From Moniliella sp. 'wahieum' (lineage: Eukaryota), in NCBI GenBank assembly GCA_003971905.1, contig RSEE01000048.1, forward strand, positions 310,001 to 374,000: DNA of 64,000 nucleotides. The letters run 5' to 3'. The position numbers and the translations under genes were made by a program. The notes below the pieces were generated by a model. That model searched no databases. It saw only the letters and a program-made list of their open reading frames with translations, and was not told the origin of the DNA. Shown piece by piece: positions 50,098 to 63,054 of the stretch (within the stretch, counting starts at the first letter, position 1; every line of letters begins with the position of its first letter).

Positions 50098-53000
50098 TCA
50101 AGACGCGAGCCGGGCCAGCGCCGCATGGCTCGCCCACGGAGGCGACAAGGCGCGGCCCGTGGGCGAGGCAGAGGTGCGTTCGGGCCGCGCACCGGTGCGT
50201 GCACCACCCATCCGCGCCTGCATCCGCCGATTCGCCGAGGCCGAAGGGGACGACGCCAAGAGCCACGCCGCGTCGGTCTCCTCTCCCCGTTCAGCTTCTG
50301 CTTCTGCTTCTTCTTCTTCGTCGTCGTCCAATCCGTCGTGCTCGGCGTCGACTTCGTCGTCCGACAAGGCCCGCTTGCCCGCCCGTCGCACGGCCGAGGA
50401 AGCCAAGGGAGGCAACGAGGTGGCGGGCGAACTGACCCGCCCGCGTCCCAGCCGCGCACGACCTACCTCGCTCGACCCGAACCCGGACCTGAACCTGAAC
50501 TCGGACCGGGGTAAGCCGAGCTGCCCGAGGCTGGTGTAGGTGTAGCTGCCGCCGCAGCCGTCGCGCCGCGCCGCGGCGTGGTAGCCCGAGGACACCAGCG
50601 TAGCGTACGGGTACGCGGGAGGGGGGATGCGGTGCGGGAGCGTGCGGCTGGCAGGGCGAGTAGCGGCCGGGCTGGCTGGCGCAGCGCGGCGCGCTGCCGA
50701 CCACAGTGGCGACCGTGCCGACGTGGGCCATCGTGCGCGGGATCGCGATGCAAGCGATGGGCCCACGGCCGCGGTGGACGTGGGCGTACGAAGTGGCGCG
50801 CCGGACGGAGGCCAGAGCGGGGTAGGGAACGAGGATGAAGATGTGGCTCCGCCCATCCCGCCACGCAGCGGCGTACGGCCGCACGGGGTACGAACCAAAG
50901 ACCACCCGCCGAGGTGGGCGTCGTCGGTACCGGCTTGGCGCACCCCGGCACTGGAGAGCGTCGAGGGCGATTCGTCGGTCCAGGTGGCGAGGCGCGATTG
51001 AGGTAAGCGCGACGGAGTGGAAAACAAGTCGGCTACCACGTCAGGCTCGGCGGGCTCGCCAGCCTCGGATGGCTCGTCGGCAAGCAGGTGCGCGGGACCG
51101 TTGCGCCGCGCGCGCGGACGCTGCGAGAGGCACAGCGACGGAGAGAGTTTGCCCTGCGGCACGCTGCATCCCTCGTTGACCGGGCTGCCCCACAAGCCCT
51201 GCTGAGAGGGCGAGTGGGGCCACTGGTCATGCAACAAGGCCAACGTTTCCGCTGCCATCTCGGCTTCCTGGCCTTCCACCTCGCCGCACCCGAGTGGCAA
51301 ATCGGCCGCTTCACCGTGCCCACGCAAGGCCCGCGCCCGCGCGCGAGCCGTGTAGATCGGTCCTTGGAACGTTTGGCCCAGCAAAGGCGTCAACGGCGGG
51401 CCAAGTGGTCCGAGCCCCGAACCATGGCCATCGGAAGAAGAGCGACGAGCGGAGGCAGGGACGTTGGCGCTGCCTTGCGTGCCAGCGGAGACCCAGGCGA
51501 TTGCGGAACGCGGCCTGTTCGCCCCCGAGGGGGACAGCGGGGCTGGGTCATCGGGCCCGCGCAGCGAGCGAAGGTCCGACTCTTCCATAAAGCCACCCGT
51601 GGCACGAAGGTAGGAAGGCGTGGCGGGGCTAGAGGCCGACCAGGGTAAGCTCGGTAGCCAGGAAGGAAAGCAAGGCGTTGCTGGGCTGCGTGCTACGGAC
51701 GGGCGAGCGGGATCAGGAACATGCACAGGCCGACGGAGCGAACTGGAAACGAGCCTGGCGTGGACGTGGACAAGGCAGCAGTGGTAGCCAAGGTGCAAGC
51801 CGCCTCGGCCTGCTTCCGCTCACGACGGACAGTGCAGCCATGACAAAACCAAAGCGGATCCGGATTCGCCTCGCTGTTGAATCCAACGCACGCTTGGTGG
51901 AACCAACGCTGGCACCCATCACAGAGAACCATAGGACGAACATCGTCGGGCAAGCCGCAGAAGCAATCTCCCGGTTGATCGTCCCCGTTGGTGTAGGCAT
52001 AGAAAGGAGATCGGCCCGAGTCCGAGTCCAAGCCCGAGTCCGAGGCGTCCGAGTCCGAGTCCGAGCGAGGGTGGGTCCGCTCTCTGTGGGAGGTAGATCG
52101 AGAGCGACGGGTGAGGCTGAGCGGAAGAGGAGTCGGCCGATCGTACACCACATACCGGTCTCGTCCCATGGGCGTGCGAGGGTGTACCCCCGCCTACGCA
52201 TGGAGGATCGCGACCGATCGTCGCGCTGCGAGGGGGAGAGACGAGGTGTACGGGGGACAGGGTTCTGGAGGGTGACGCCGTGGGAAGCTTGTTTCCGCTC
52301 CGCCACAGCCCGGTCCCAAGCGCGACGAGACAAGACGCGAGCCACCATTGGATGCAGCGTGGAATCGGAGGAGGGTCGAGAGGACAGAGCAGGTTCGTGC
52401 GGGCTGGGGGTCGAAGGGGTGGCGGCACGGTGCAGCTGGTGCCGCTTGGCTGATCCAGGTCCATTGGGACGATCCAGTTCCGTCCGGGCTGCCTTGGGCC
52501 CTGCTTTCCTTTTCTTAGTGCCGGCCGTCACGGTCGGTGGCTGGGGCGCGGCCGCACCAAGGCGGCGATGATGCGGAGGCGACGACGAGCTCTCGTCATC
52601 ACTGCCAGCGAGCCAAGAGGAAATGTTGACGAGACGGGCATGATGTTGACCTCGGTCGCGGTCACACACGGGTCGGCCTCGGCAGGCCAATGCAGCGTCG
52701 GTCCATGGGCCGAAGAAGGGAAACTGCGCAGGCTGGCCGCACAGGAAGCACGCTGGTGTGTGGGGGGGCACGCAGCGTGGCTGGCCCGCCGAGGGTCAAC
52801 GAGAGAGGATACTCGGGCTCCGACTCGGTGGGCGGGGTAGAAGTGAAGGTGGGAGCAAACGACGACGCCGTCCTGCTCCTCTCGTCACTGGGGCGGGGTG
52901 AGGGGTGGCGGCGGAGCGAGCGCACAGGCCAGGTGGGAGAGACAGGGCGGGAGGGGCAAGGATGCGACCGACAATGTCGACGTGGACGGGTACCAGCGTC

Positions 53001-53407
53001 GCCTGTCGGTCGAGCGAGGGCGAGTGGAGAGGGAAGAGGGAGGGCACATGCTGGAGGAGGGTGCGCTTGCGGCTGCCGTCGTCCGCGGCGTCGGCGGGCC
53101 GTGGGCGGTGCCAATGCGCCGGGCGACACATGTGCCGCATATGCACACCTGGATGCGGGGGGAGGGGAGGCCGACGCAAGCACGGGCCAGGAGGCGGTGG
53201 GAACAGCGCGGCCGTCGTGGGCGGCGAGGGTGGCGCAGGTGATGCGGGGGCTGGCGGCGGCGGCGGTGGAGGTGCGCGAGGGAGCGATGCTGCCGCTGGG
53301 GCACGCGTCGTCGGCAAAGCCCAGGTGGAGACACAGGCGGCGGCCGTGGCGCGGGGTGGGGGGGGCAGGACGCGCGGCGGGGCAGCCGAGGCGTCGGCCG
53401 GGGGCAT
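50098..53407 (-). CDS. PHD-finger protein, largely disordered; boundaries uncertain
   Basis: C4HC3 PHD finger CFCGLPDDVRPMVLCDGCQRWFHQACVG..WFCHGC at ~51830-51970; (DS)n tract; K/R-rich NLS-like TKKRK; acidic tail. Confidence 0.75.
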
Positions 53408-54091
53408 GGGGGGCTGGTGTCTGGTGGGGGGGGGAGGGGCGGGGCGCCGGGCGGCTGCGGAGGCGCTGGGCCGCCAGGGACGCTGCGTCCGCTGGCTGTC
53501 GCACGCGTGCCCAGCGCGTGGCCGCAGCGCTGGCGTCGGCGCGCGACGCGTCCCCCCTCGGGTCGCGGAGAGCCGCGGCGCCAGTGTCCAGCCCCCGTGG
53601 CTGGCGCCGATCCCCGCTAGGGTTTCTGAACCTCGGAGTTCGGAACTGGGCACAGCAAGCAAGCGCAGTGAAATGTTCACAGCACCAACATCGAGCCGTC
53701 ACGCATTCATCGATCACTGGCCGGCTAGCACCGGTTCTGCCCGGTGCCTACGTGGGAGCTAGCCCTTGCGCGTACAAAATCCAAGTGGAGAGAAAACAGG
53801 TATGTGTAGATGGATAATCGGGGGAAGGAAAAGTCTTTTGGTGTCCCGGTGGTATGGATGGTAGCAGGGTGCCCCGCAGTTGTCCCACAAAAAGGAACAG
53901 AGGGGACACAAGACAAGGAAAAGCGACGAGTATAGCCCTCAGGAGTTTGCCGCAGGCCGAAACAAACGTGCAACGACCCGGCAGACAAGAGAGCAAGAAA
54001 TGCCAGACGGAACCAACCCAAGGCGCAAAAGAGAAACAGAGACGAAACCAACTGACAACGAGACAACGAGACAACAAGACAACAGGGCGAA

Positions 54092-55261
54092 TTAGGAAGC
54101 CCAGACGAGCAGCCGGGCGTCCCAGGAGCCCGTGCAGAGGCCAAAGCCATCCTTGCTTACCCCCAGGCACGACACGCGATTATCATGCGCCGAGAGCACC
54201 CCCACCCGGTCCGACTTCAACGTATCCCACACATTGACATTGTGGTCGTCGTACCCGGCGAGCAAAAGACGGCCCGAATGACTAAAGTCGACCGAGGTGA
54301 TCCCGCACAGCAGATTGTCGTGTGCGTACACGGCCAAGGCCCGATCGGCCCGGAGGTCAAACAGACGGCAGGTGGCATCATCCGATCCCGAAACAAACGC
54401 ATTGCCATCGGGGAAAAAGGCAACCGAGTTGATGTCCGTCTCGTGGCCGGCAAACGTCTGCACGGCGCCTTTGGACGCCGACACGCGCGTGTCCCACAAC
54501 TTGCTCTGCGCATCGCACGCGCCCGACACGAACAGATTTCGGTTGGTGGGAGAGAGGGCGATGAACATGACGTCGGCCGTGTGCTCATCGTATTCGGCCT
54601 TCCGCTTCCCCGTCTCCACGTCCCACAGCATACAGCTCATGTCCCCCGACGAGGTAACCATCTCGCTGTCAGTGATGAAACGGCAGCAGAGATAGCCAGT
54701 GTGGCCCACCAGTTCGCTCGTGGGGCTACCTCTGACAAGGGCGTCTGGGTCCTTGCCCTGGCGCAGGTTGTACACGGAGCACAGATTGTCCAGGCCACCA
54801 CAGGCGACCAGTTGGCCCGAAGGACTGTAGCCGCACGTCATGACCCAGCTGCTCTTGAGAGGAATGGCGTACACTTTATTGCTAGTATGCGCATCCCATA
54901 CAATCAGTTTTCCGTCTTGGCTAGCAGAGACGGTGACGAGCATCGGCGGCCCATTGCATGGCATACACCTTGGCCAGATGACCCTTGAGCGTCCGGCGCG
55001 TCTTGAGGGCCAATCGTGGCAGCGGCGGCACATTCTCGGCCGTAGAGGCAAGTGTGGCGTCGGCAAGGGCATCTTTCTGAGCACGGATCTGCTCCTTGAG
55101 CGCATCGGCGGTTCGCCGCGCAGAGGCAATCTTTTCCTGCAGGTCGAGGCTCTGGGCCGAGGTGATGCTGCGGGCGACGTGGCCGGCAGAGCGGCCACGG
55201 GCTGGGCTGACGTAGTAGGAGCCGGTGGAGGCGCGGGCGGGAGGCGCAGGACGGTGCTCAT
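54092..55261 (-). CDS. GPB1: Heterotrimeric G-protein beta subunit (WD40)
   Basis: [19 protein letters not shown] coiled coil, [81 protein letters not shown]. Confidence 0.96.
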   Translation of the reverse strand: MSTVLRLPPAPPPAPTTSAQPVAALPATSPAASPRPRASTCRKRLPLRGEPPMRSRSRSVLRKMPLPTPHLPLRPRMCRRCHDWPSRRAGRSRVIWPRCMPCNGPPMLVTVSASQDGKLIVWDAHTSNKVYAIPLKSSWVMTCGYSPSGQLVACGGLDNLCSVYNLRQGKDPDALVRGSPTSELVGHTGYLCCRFITDSEMVTSSGDMSCMLWDVETGKRKAEYDEHTADVMFIALSPTNRNLFVSGACDAQSKLWDTRVSASKGAVQTFAGHETDINSVAFFPDGNAFVSGSDDATCRLFDLRADRALAVYAHDNLLCGITSVDFSHSGRLLLAGYDDHNVNVWDTLKSDRVGVLSAHDNRVSCLGVSKDGFGLCTGSWDARLLVWAS

Positions 55262-55877
55262 GGCCAGCGCGCCGGGCGGATGAAGGGGAGGAAGGGGGAG
55301 GAAGAGCGGGGAAGGAGATGGTGGGGCAGGCTGGATGCGGGTGCCGTGCGTGGGCAGGCAGGCGGCGTGGGCGCCGGAGTGGGGACGGAGTTGCGGGCTG
55401 GCGAGTGCGCTTGAACATTCAATCTTCAGAGCTTCGGCGCTTCGGCGTCAATATCAATGGAGCACTGCGTACCGCCAGCCCAGTGCTAGTCCTGGTCTGG
55501 GGCGGGGCGGGGCGTGGCAGCGCAGGCTAGGGTCGGGGCCAGTGCGGCGCATGCAAGGTGCACCCGTGGTGCATGCACATCACATACAGCCGCCACCCCC
55601 TCGCAGCCTCTGGCCCAGCCCCCCGCCACCTCCCCCACGTGCTGCTTACGTATGCACTGCCCTCGCTCTCCTGCCGCATGTCACAAGGATGACTATGACT
55701 GTCACATGCATCACCGTGCGCATCGATCAGACAATCGATGATCGATGATCGGATCTCGGAGCGCTTCCGAGCCGCCACCCAGTCACCAAGTGAGAGCAGC
55801 CCATGAGCCTCACCCCGCAGCACACGCTCACCACCTAGACCACTACAACCATACACACACACCCTCTGCCGAGTACA

Positions 55878-57246
55878 CTAGGTCCATGCACAACCCCCGT
55901 GGCAGGCCCGTGCTCGGCCCCAGCACATACGCATAGGCACTGGCAGCAGGCAGCTTGAACAAGAGCACACAACGCTCCCCTCCAGTGTGCGTGCTCCCAC
56001 TGCTGGCACCACCCTCACTCTCTGCTCCTCGGGCTGCCCCGACGCATGCAGATCCGCCTTGGTCTCCTGCAGCGCCGCAAACAGCACCCCAAAGTCCTTG
56101 TTGGCGTACGCGCCCTCGTCCAAACGCACCAGGCGGTGGTAGAGCGCACTGACAGCACGCGTGATGGGCATGTGCACCTCCGACTCAGCGCCAGCATCGA
56201 GCGCCAGACCAAGGTCTTTGGCCAGCAGCCGCGAGGCAAAGCCCCCCGCGTACCCGGCGTCGGCGGGCGTGGCCTTGTCCAACGCCCCGGCAACCGGGTT
56301 GTTCACCTCGCTGGCCCAGCACCGCCCCGTGGACGAGTTGAGAATGGAGGCCAACACTTTCTTGTCCAGCCCATGCGCCATGCCCAACGCCATGGCCTCG
56401 CATGTGCCCGCCATCGCAATGCCAAGGAGAAGATTGTTGGCGATTTTCGCACTCAGTCCTGCTCCTTGCTTTCCACACCACACCACTTTGCTCCCCATTG
56501 TCTGCAGCGTGGGCGTAGCCGCGTCGACGGCGGCCTGAGACGGCGCACCTACCATAAACGTGAGCGTACCTTGCTGTGCGCCCACCGTGCCGCCCGAAAC
56601 GGGTGTATCGAGCATTTGCCAGCGTGGGTGGCCATGAGCTACCTCCTGCGCTACTTTGCGTGATACACCGGGAGAAAGGGTGGTGCAGTCCAGGCACAGA
56701 GTGCTTGGGTCTTCCGTTTGGCCAGAGACACTCTCGAGCCCAGTCAGGAGCCCCTTTGGACCAAGGGTAGAGTGCTTCCACGTGCGCCGAAGAGGGTACC
56801 ATGGTCACAATCGTGCCGGCTTCTCGGGCGAGTCTGAGCAAAACAAAATTACGCAAGGACGTGTCAGTCGCAAGCAACCTCAACAAGGCACTGTGGGCAA
56901 TGCACTCAACTCGGCTGGAGACGAGACCGATTGCACTTGGACGCCACTGTTAGCATGGGCGTCGACAAACGCCGTTGCGGCCGGCCCGTGCACATCGTGT
57001 ACGACAATTTTGCGAGGGCTGGGTCCAGGCACGGGACTTGGTGAGCAGGTTGTGAGCCATGGGCGCACCCATGGCGCCGAGGCCGACAAAGCCAATGGTA
57101 TGTGCGCGCGAGCAGACAAGGGCAGTGGGGAACATGGGGGGCGGAGCGGGAAGGCGGCGGTGGTGGTGGCGGGGCAGGCTGGTGGGGAGACCAGGAGGGG
57201 GAGAGGCGGGGGCCGGCCAGTGATGAATGAGGGCCTGAGGGCGCAT
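55878..57246 (-). CDS. 3-hydroxyisobutyrate dehydrogenase (mitochondrial, valine catabolism)
   Basis: IGFVGLGAMGAPMAHNL (Rossmann fold), IVTMVPSSAHV, LDTPVSGGTVGAQQGTLTFMVG, AKIANNLLLG, SSTGRCWAS..NPV, YAGGFASRLLAKDLGLA. C-terminus uncertain. Confidence 0.92.
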
Positions 57247-57535
57247 CTCGGCGGCAGGGGACCGGGACGGCTACTGGCTGCCGGATATTGCCGCCCCATT
57301 GCCCCAACAGAGAGTCGGTCGACTTGCTGCCAGTGCACGTTCAGGCGCTGAGGCGCTGAGTCTGGGTGTCTGTCACATGTCAGTGCCCGTGCGCTGTGCT
57401 CGCTGTCCCAGACAGTCCCACTGCGGGGTAAAAATCGCCCGGGCGGAAGCCAAGCCGGGCGGAATGGATGGGTGCGCCGCGATGCTCGCGCGGCCCACTC
57501 CCTGCGATCGGCGCCGCCGCGGCCGAGCAACGCTG

Positions 57536-60500
57536 ATGGATGGCGACGGCACGCATCTACGCTTGCCTGTGGGCGTCCCGACGGCTCCTGATGGCCCCGC
57601 CGACATCGCCGCCGCCGCCGCGCCGCCGCGGCCAGCGCTCCACATCGACGCCCTCCTCGCTCCGCTCGCCGAGCCCGCCCCTCCCGATCCTGCCCAGGCC
57701 CCACCGGCTTACCCGCTTCCCCGCCTCGATGGGCACCACGCTGGCCCTACGCTAGCACGTCCGCTGCCGCTGCCGCTGTTGCGTCTCCGGCCGCTGTTGC
57801 TTCTCCGGCCGCACCTTCAGGTCGCAGCCCCAGCTGCACCAACTGCTACCGGCGCAAGATCCGCTGTCCCAAGGACAAGCCCATCTGCGCCACCTGTATC
57901 GTCGGGGCGTCGCTTCGTCCTCGTGTACGTCGACCGGCGCGAGCTGCCCGCCCACATCCGCCCGCCGCCCCCGCGCAAACCCAGCGTAGCATCATCACCT
58001 CCAAACCACCTGCTTCTTCTTCTGGATCCCACCCGCCGCATGCGCCTCCCCCTCGTCCCATGCCCCTCCTGCCCCAGCTCCCCCAGCTCCCCCGGCTCCT
58101 CCAGAGAAGTCCCCTTCGCCGCGCGCTGCCTCGCCCGATGTTGCCGCTGCGGCAGCGCCCATCGCTACCCCGATCCCTGCCGCGCCAGACCCACATGATA
58201 GCACTCCCCACTCAGCAGACCCGGTAATCCCCGAGGGAGTCGACATGGACGTTCTGGCGGACCATGTGGCGGAACGCATGTCGGGCGCGTAGCCGACCTG
58301 ATTGCTACCCGGCTGCTACCCATTCTTTCCGCTGCGTTGTACGCTCCCATCCGGTCGCCCCCCCTGCTTCGTCCTCCGCCCATCCTCCGCCCGCCACCTC
58401 CCTGGTGCGCCCGGAACGGGGTCCGCAAGCACCCTGATCTTCCCGTATCCGGGTGCTGGCTCGGCGGGTCATCTGCCTACGTGGCCAAGGCACTGGACGC
58501 CCTGCCGCCCGATGATGTACTTGATTGGACTGTCGAGTACTTTTGGTACGTTGTTCTTCTTGGCTTGGGTTGCAATTGCAATGAGTGGCACATCTACGTA
58601 CTGATACCCTTCATCTTGCCCACCACTGCCCGCATTCCAGCGTGAGCTGGAACCCCTACATGGTTGTGTGGTGGGTGGAATCCTGCTGGATCAGATTGCT
58701 GGGCTCAAGAAGGAACGAGCGCGGCGCCAGGATGCTGCCGGGGGGCGTCGCTGCGGCGCCGAACGATGATCCGGCGCTTACTGAGCGGCTGAAAACGTGG
58801 GCAACCCTGCATGCGTCTCCGCTGGATGCGGACCAGGCCGTGCCAGTGGCGGTGCTGACGGTTGCCTATGCTGTTTTGGCCAACGTTTCTACGGTTGTTT
58901 CTCCCTACTCGTTAATTCGCGCGCGCGCAGACGCGCAACGGAAACTCGATCGCTGCCGCTCTCTTCTCTTCGTGGCCACCCGATGCTCAACGTGAGGAGG
59001 CTCGCATGGCCGCTGCCTCGCATGGACTGGATGCGCTTCGTACTGGCTACCTCCAGGTGGCCCAGGCCTTGTTGGCACTGGGTCGATGGGCAGAGTACCC
59101 TACCGTTACCTCTATTCAAGCCGTTATTATTCTCCGTCCAGTTTGGATGGCGTTGGGGCTGCACGTCAGCATGTCGTCTGCCAATTCGGTCGCGATCAAG
59201 GCGGCCTCATTCAAGGGTCTGCACCGCTTAGGCTGTGCCAAGGGCGATGGCCAACGGTGGATGGGCCAGCGAAAACGAGGCGAGCAACAACAATCACCAC
59301 TCGGGCACGGTGCACGGACCCGTGTCCGTTGGCTTGGGCGGGATCGCTAACCGCACCCCTGACCAGGATGGCCCCGAGTGGATCGGTGAACAGGGAGTTC
59401 CACTACAGTTGCCACGGTCCATGTCAATTGCGAACCATCTCCTCACCGAGCTTCAAACCCAACTCGGCCGAGCCCCTTCCCCCGACACGGCCACCCCCGG
59501 GTCCAAGAATCTCTCTCCGATCGGCCAGGGCCACGAGCAACCCCCGCGGGACGAGCCTGACCAAACCAGTGGCACCCCACCCCTTTTTCCCGCCCATCAT
59601 CGCGATGCGCCCCCCCGCCTCCTGCAGGGTTTGGGATGGGCAATCACGCGCTGCGCGAGGTGGGACGTAAAGTATGGTGGTCGCTGGTGAACCTCGACTG
59701 GCTCATCGGGTCCCGCTTTGATCTGTTTTATCTCGTAAACGTTGAACAGGGTGTCGAGTACGGCATTGATGCGCATCTGTACCCGCGCCGCTTCCCCCGG
59801 CTTCCCACGCATATGGACGACGACATGGTACTCCCAACCGAGTTGGCAGGCGTGCCGCCCGGCCAAGCGCATCCCCTTTCCCCCTCTTCGTCCACAGCCA
59901 AGGTGGACCACGACGCCTCTGATCCTGGTCATGAGGCTGACGGTGCGACGCTCTACAACTCGGCTCGTTGGCCTCCAGGCAAGGGGTTGACCCGAACGGC
60001 CTATCCACGGTGGGATGTGCCAGAGGAAGCCATTCTCCACACGCTCCCTTGGGGTGTGGTTCCAGGATTGGAGGTTCAAGGGGAAAGGCCGGAGGATGGG
60101 CTATACCATGTGCCTCATGGGCCCGAGGTCCCTTCCGACCACCTTCCGCCGGATATGTTTCTCGCGCCCCCAGGCGCAGGCAAGAAGGGCATCAACATGA
60201 GTAGTCTCTTTCTCGTCTTCAGTTGCCTCATCGCGCAAGCGTACAAAGTGTTTGTCGATGACGTGGCCGAGGCCGATGGCGAGTTTTCCTACAAGGACCT
60301 TACGCTTGCAGAACGCCGATGTCGATTTATCTTTAGCAACATTCCTTCTCCCCTGCGGTTAACGACGCAAGAGCTGGTCTACCTTCATGCCGTCACACCC
60401 GAGGTGCATCTCCCTCTGCCCAAGGGGGCAACCGAGTTGCCCTATCCCCAATTCCACCCGTTGCCCGAGGGGGTGACAGTCCAGGTCCCGGCAGGCAAGG

Positions 60501-61917
60501 TATTGGCTTCGCAGGCGCCGTCTTCGGATGTGGCCTGGCCGCCGCCGGTGACCCCCGAGGAGAAAACCAAGTTGGTCAGTCTGATCCTTGCCCACCACCT
60601 TTGTCTGCGCTCCAATCGGTTTTACATGAGCCGCGGGTTTGATGATCCGGCCTATGCCCGCTCGTCTTACTTTTGCGTCAATGCCGCCTGGCAACTGCTG
60701 CGTCTTGCCAAGCGCCTCATCACGCCCTTGCCCGATTCGGTTCCCTGGTCGCCGGCTTCGTCGGGCGAGGAGCACGAGTACCTGGCCCATCCGTCCACCG
60801 TGGGCCATCTCGGTGGGTGGCCGATCTGGTTTGTCGTGCTCTACGTGTTTCATGCGACGATTGTGTTGCAAATGTACTCGGTGCATCGGGCCAATGCGCA
60901 GGACCAGCGGCGGGCTCGCATGGGGCACGTGCACGACCCCGAGCAGGAGCAGCGGGACCGAGTGATCGATGCCCAACTGGACGAGATGATCGTCTGGTCC
61001 ATCCGCGCCATTCGCACGAGCTACGTCGCGCGCGCACGGCAAGGCGCTTCCCACTCGCTCGTGGATACGCTCATCGAGTTTCGACGCCAAGCCCAGGGCA
61101 TGGAATCCCCGCACCCAGACCCAGACCCGGACCCTCCCCCCCCCCTCGTTCGGCATCCCCGCCCCGCAAACGGCAAAAGCGAGGGACAGAGACCCTCGCC
61201 GCAACGCACGTCGCCGACCAACACACTCCACCCCACCCTACCGCTTCCACACGCGCCCATCCCAACCCTACCCCCCCCCGCGCCAAACCACGCCCGAGGT
61301 CCTGCGGCCCGGGCCGGTCCGTGCTACCCGCTCGCCCCGCGCGCTGGAACAGTTACTGCTCGGCCTATTCAATGGCCCCGAGACGCAAGGCGACTGGATC
61401 CGGCTTAGCAGCCACTCGCGTCGGCCGGCGGAACCCACGCCGACGACGACCACCACGACCACCACCCCCCACACCTCGGCACCACCGCTCGTGCCTGGCC
61501 CGGCGCTCAACGTGCCTGTGCCAGCGCGCTCGCTCAACCCTTGGCCAGTCTGGCCGGCGACCGAGACCGTCGGCGTGTCCCCCTTGGGCAGCGGGGCAGC
61601 GAGCTACCGGGCTTGGCTGCGCTCGCTCCGCCTGCCCCGCTCGGCCTAGCACCCGATCCGAGCACGCACTGGTTCGCGCACCTTATGGCTGGCGCGCCTG
61701 CTTCCTCCGCCGGGGTGGGGGCTTTGCGCCCGTACCTGGCCTCGCGCCCGTTCCGCCCCCGGCGCCCACCATGCCTCCGCCGACGCAGGCATTGTCGCCC
61801 GGGTACTTTGGTGCCGCGCCCGGCGTGCAGAACACGCTCTTCTCCGGCCCTTGGAGCCAGGAACATGCCGTGCTCGATCCTGTTGATTCGGCTTTGCTCC
61901 AGGCCCTGTTTCGGTAA
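57536..61917 (+). CDS. Zn(II)2Cys6 binuclear-cluster transcription factor with a fungal middle-homology region
   Basis: CTNCYRRKIRCPKDKPICATC..C at ~57835-57930; LDALRTGYLQ..AIKAASFKGLHRL; REVGRKVWWSLVNLDW; LAHHLCLRSNRFY; Pro-rich C-terminus. Frameshifted. Confidence 0.85.
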
Positions 61918-62274
61918 CGCCAGAGGCCAGGTGTCAGGGGACAAGGGCGCGAGGGCGCTGGAATTGGGAAACGTAGCCTGCTCCAGGGCTAAATCGACAC
62001 AGACTGGATCGCATGCACGTCGTTTGGACGCTTTTTAGTGTTTGTTGGTTTGGTTTCTGAGGTCGTTACGGGGGTTGCTACAAGTTATGAGCATAACGCT
62101 AGGATCGGGTACGGTCGGACACACAAGGCTGTAGGCAGGACAAGAACAGATTTCAACCAGTGGATTCCATGTACAGACAGCGCGGGGGCAAAGCGTGTTG
62201 GAACGGCGACGGTGTGCTATACATAGCACAGGTCATAGCGAACGAAACAAGGGAGACGCTGAAGGGAGTTTCGT

Positions 62275-62998
62275 TTACTTTTGCGCTTGAGCTTGCGCAC
62301 TGAGCTGCTGGCCAGCCTGTTGCAACGCTGCGCCGGCCTGGGAGGCGACTTGGGTTCCCTTGGCCTGCAGGTCCGAGGCAGCTTGGCTCGCTTGCGTTTG
62401 CAGGTCGCTGTGGGTTTGGCTGGCTTGCTTTTGCGCCTGGTCAAACGCCTGGTCGGCCTGTTGCGCCACATTCTGCCGCGTCTGCTCAGCAGCCTCCTGG
62501 CCCTGGTGCAGGTACGTAGACGCCGTGTTGATCAAGTTGCTCGCCGTCTCGCGCGCCTGGTCGACATAGGACGACTGGGCGCCTCCCTCGCCAGGCTACT
62601 CGAACCAAGCGCAACAGGCACAAGAACAGTGACGGGTTAGCACCAGAGCCGCATTGACCCAGTACCTAGTAAGCCCCGCGGCCGGCGAGCATGCCAAGCG
62701 AGGAGAGAAGAGAGAAGCAGAGGGGGACGTACCTTGACATAGCTGTTGGCGCTTTCGAGCGCGTGGGACGCCAACTCACGACCTTGGTTGACCAGATCGT
62801 TGAGCGACTTGCCCGTCTCGCCGGCCTGCTGCTGGCCGGAATGAAGCGAGCCTTGGATGTACTGCAGCGCATCGGCGCCGAGCTGCTTGCCCTCGTCGAC
62901 CAGCTCTGGCCGCCGGCACTGGCTTGGGTCGCGGCGTTGGACGCGGTCTGCTGCACGTCGGCAGCCTTCTCTTGCGCAGCAGCAGCAACGTTGGACAT
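62275..62998 (-). CDS. LEA/hydrophilin-like Gln/Ala-rich small stress protein
   Basis: Amphipathic repeats (LVDEGKQLG / LVNQGRELA / YVDQARETA) and a Q/A-rich tail. Intron 62596-62732 (GTACGT..CTAAC..TAG). Family assigned by composition only. Confidence 0.7.
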
Positions 62999-63048
62999 GG
63001 CGAGGGTGATGGTAGGGTGTGTGCACCCCGCGGGGGGGGGGGCAGGGA

Positions 63049-63054
63049 TTTATA
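63049..63054 (-). promoter_or_regulatory. TATA box of the LEA-like gene
   Basis: TATAAA on the minus strand about 50 bp upstream of ATG 62998, in otherwise very GC-rich DNA. Confidence 0.6.

Noticed and set aside
52018..52064. (GAGTCC)n hexamer repeat
   Set aside because: Explained as coding sequence for the Asp-Ser tract of the PHD protein.
52690..53817. Long plus-strand ORFs (375 aa and 285 aa)
   Set aside because: Arg/Gly/Ala-rich shadow frames antisense to the PHD gene and its promoter.
55878..62998. Secondary-metabolite cluster around the Zn2Cys6 factor
   Set aside because: No PKS, NRPS, terpene synthase, transporter or tailoring genes; the neighbours are primary-metabolism and signalling genes.
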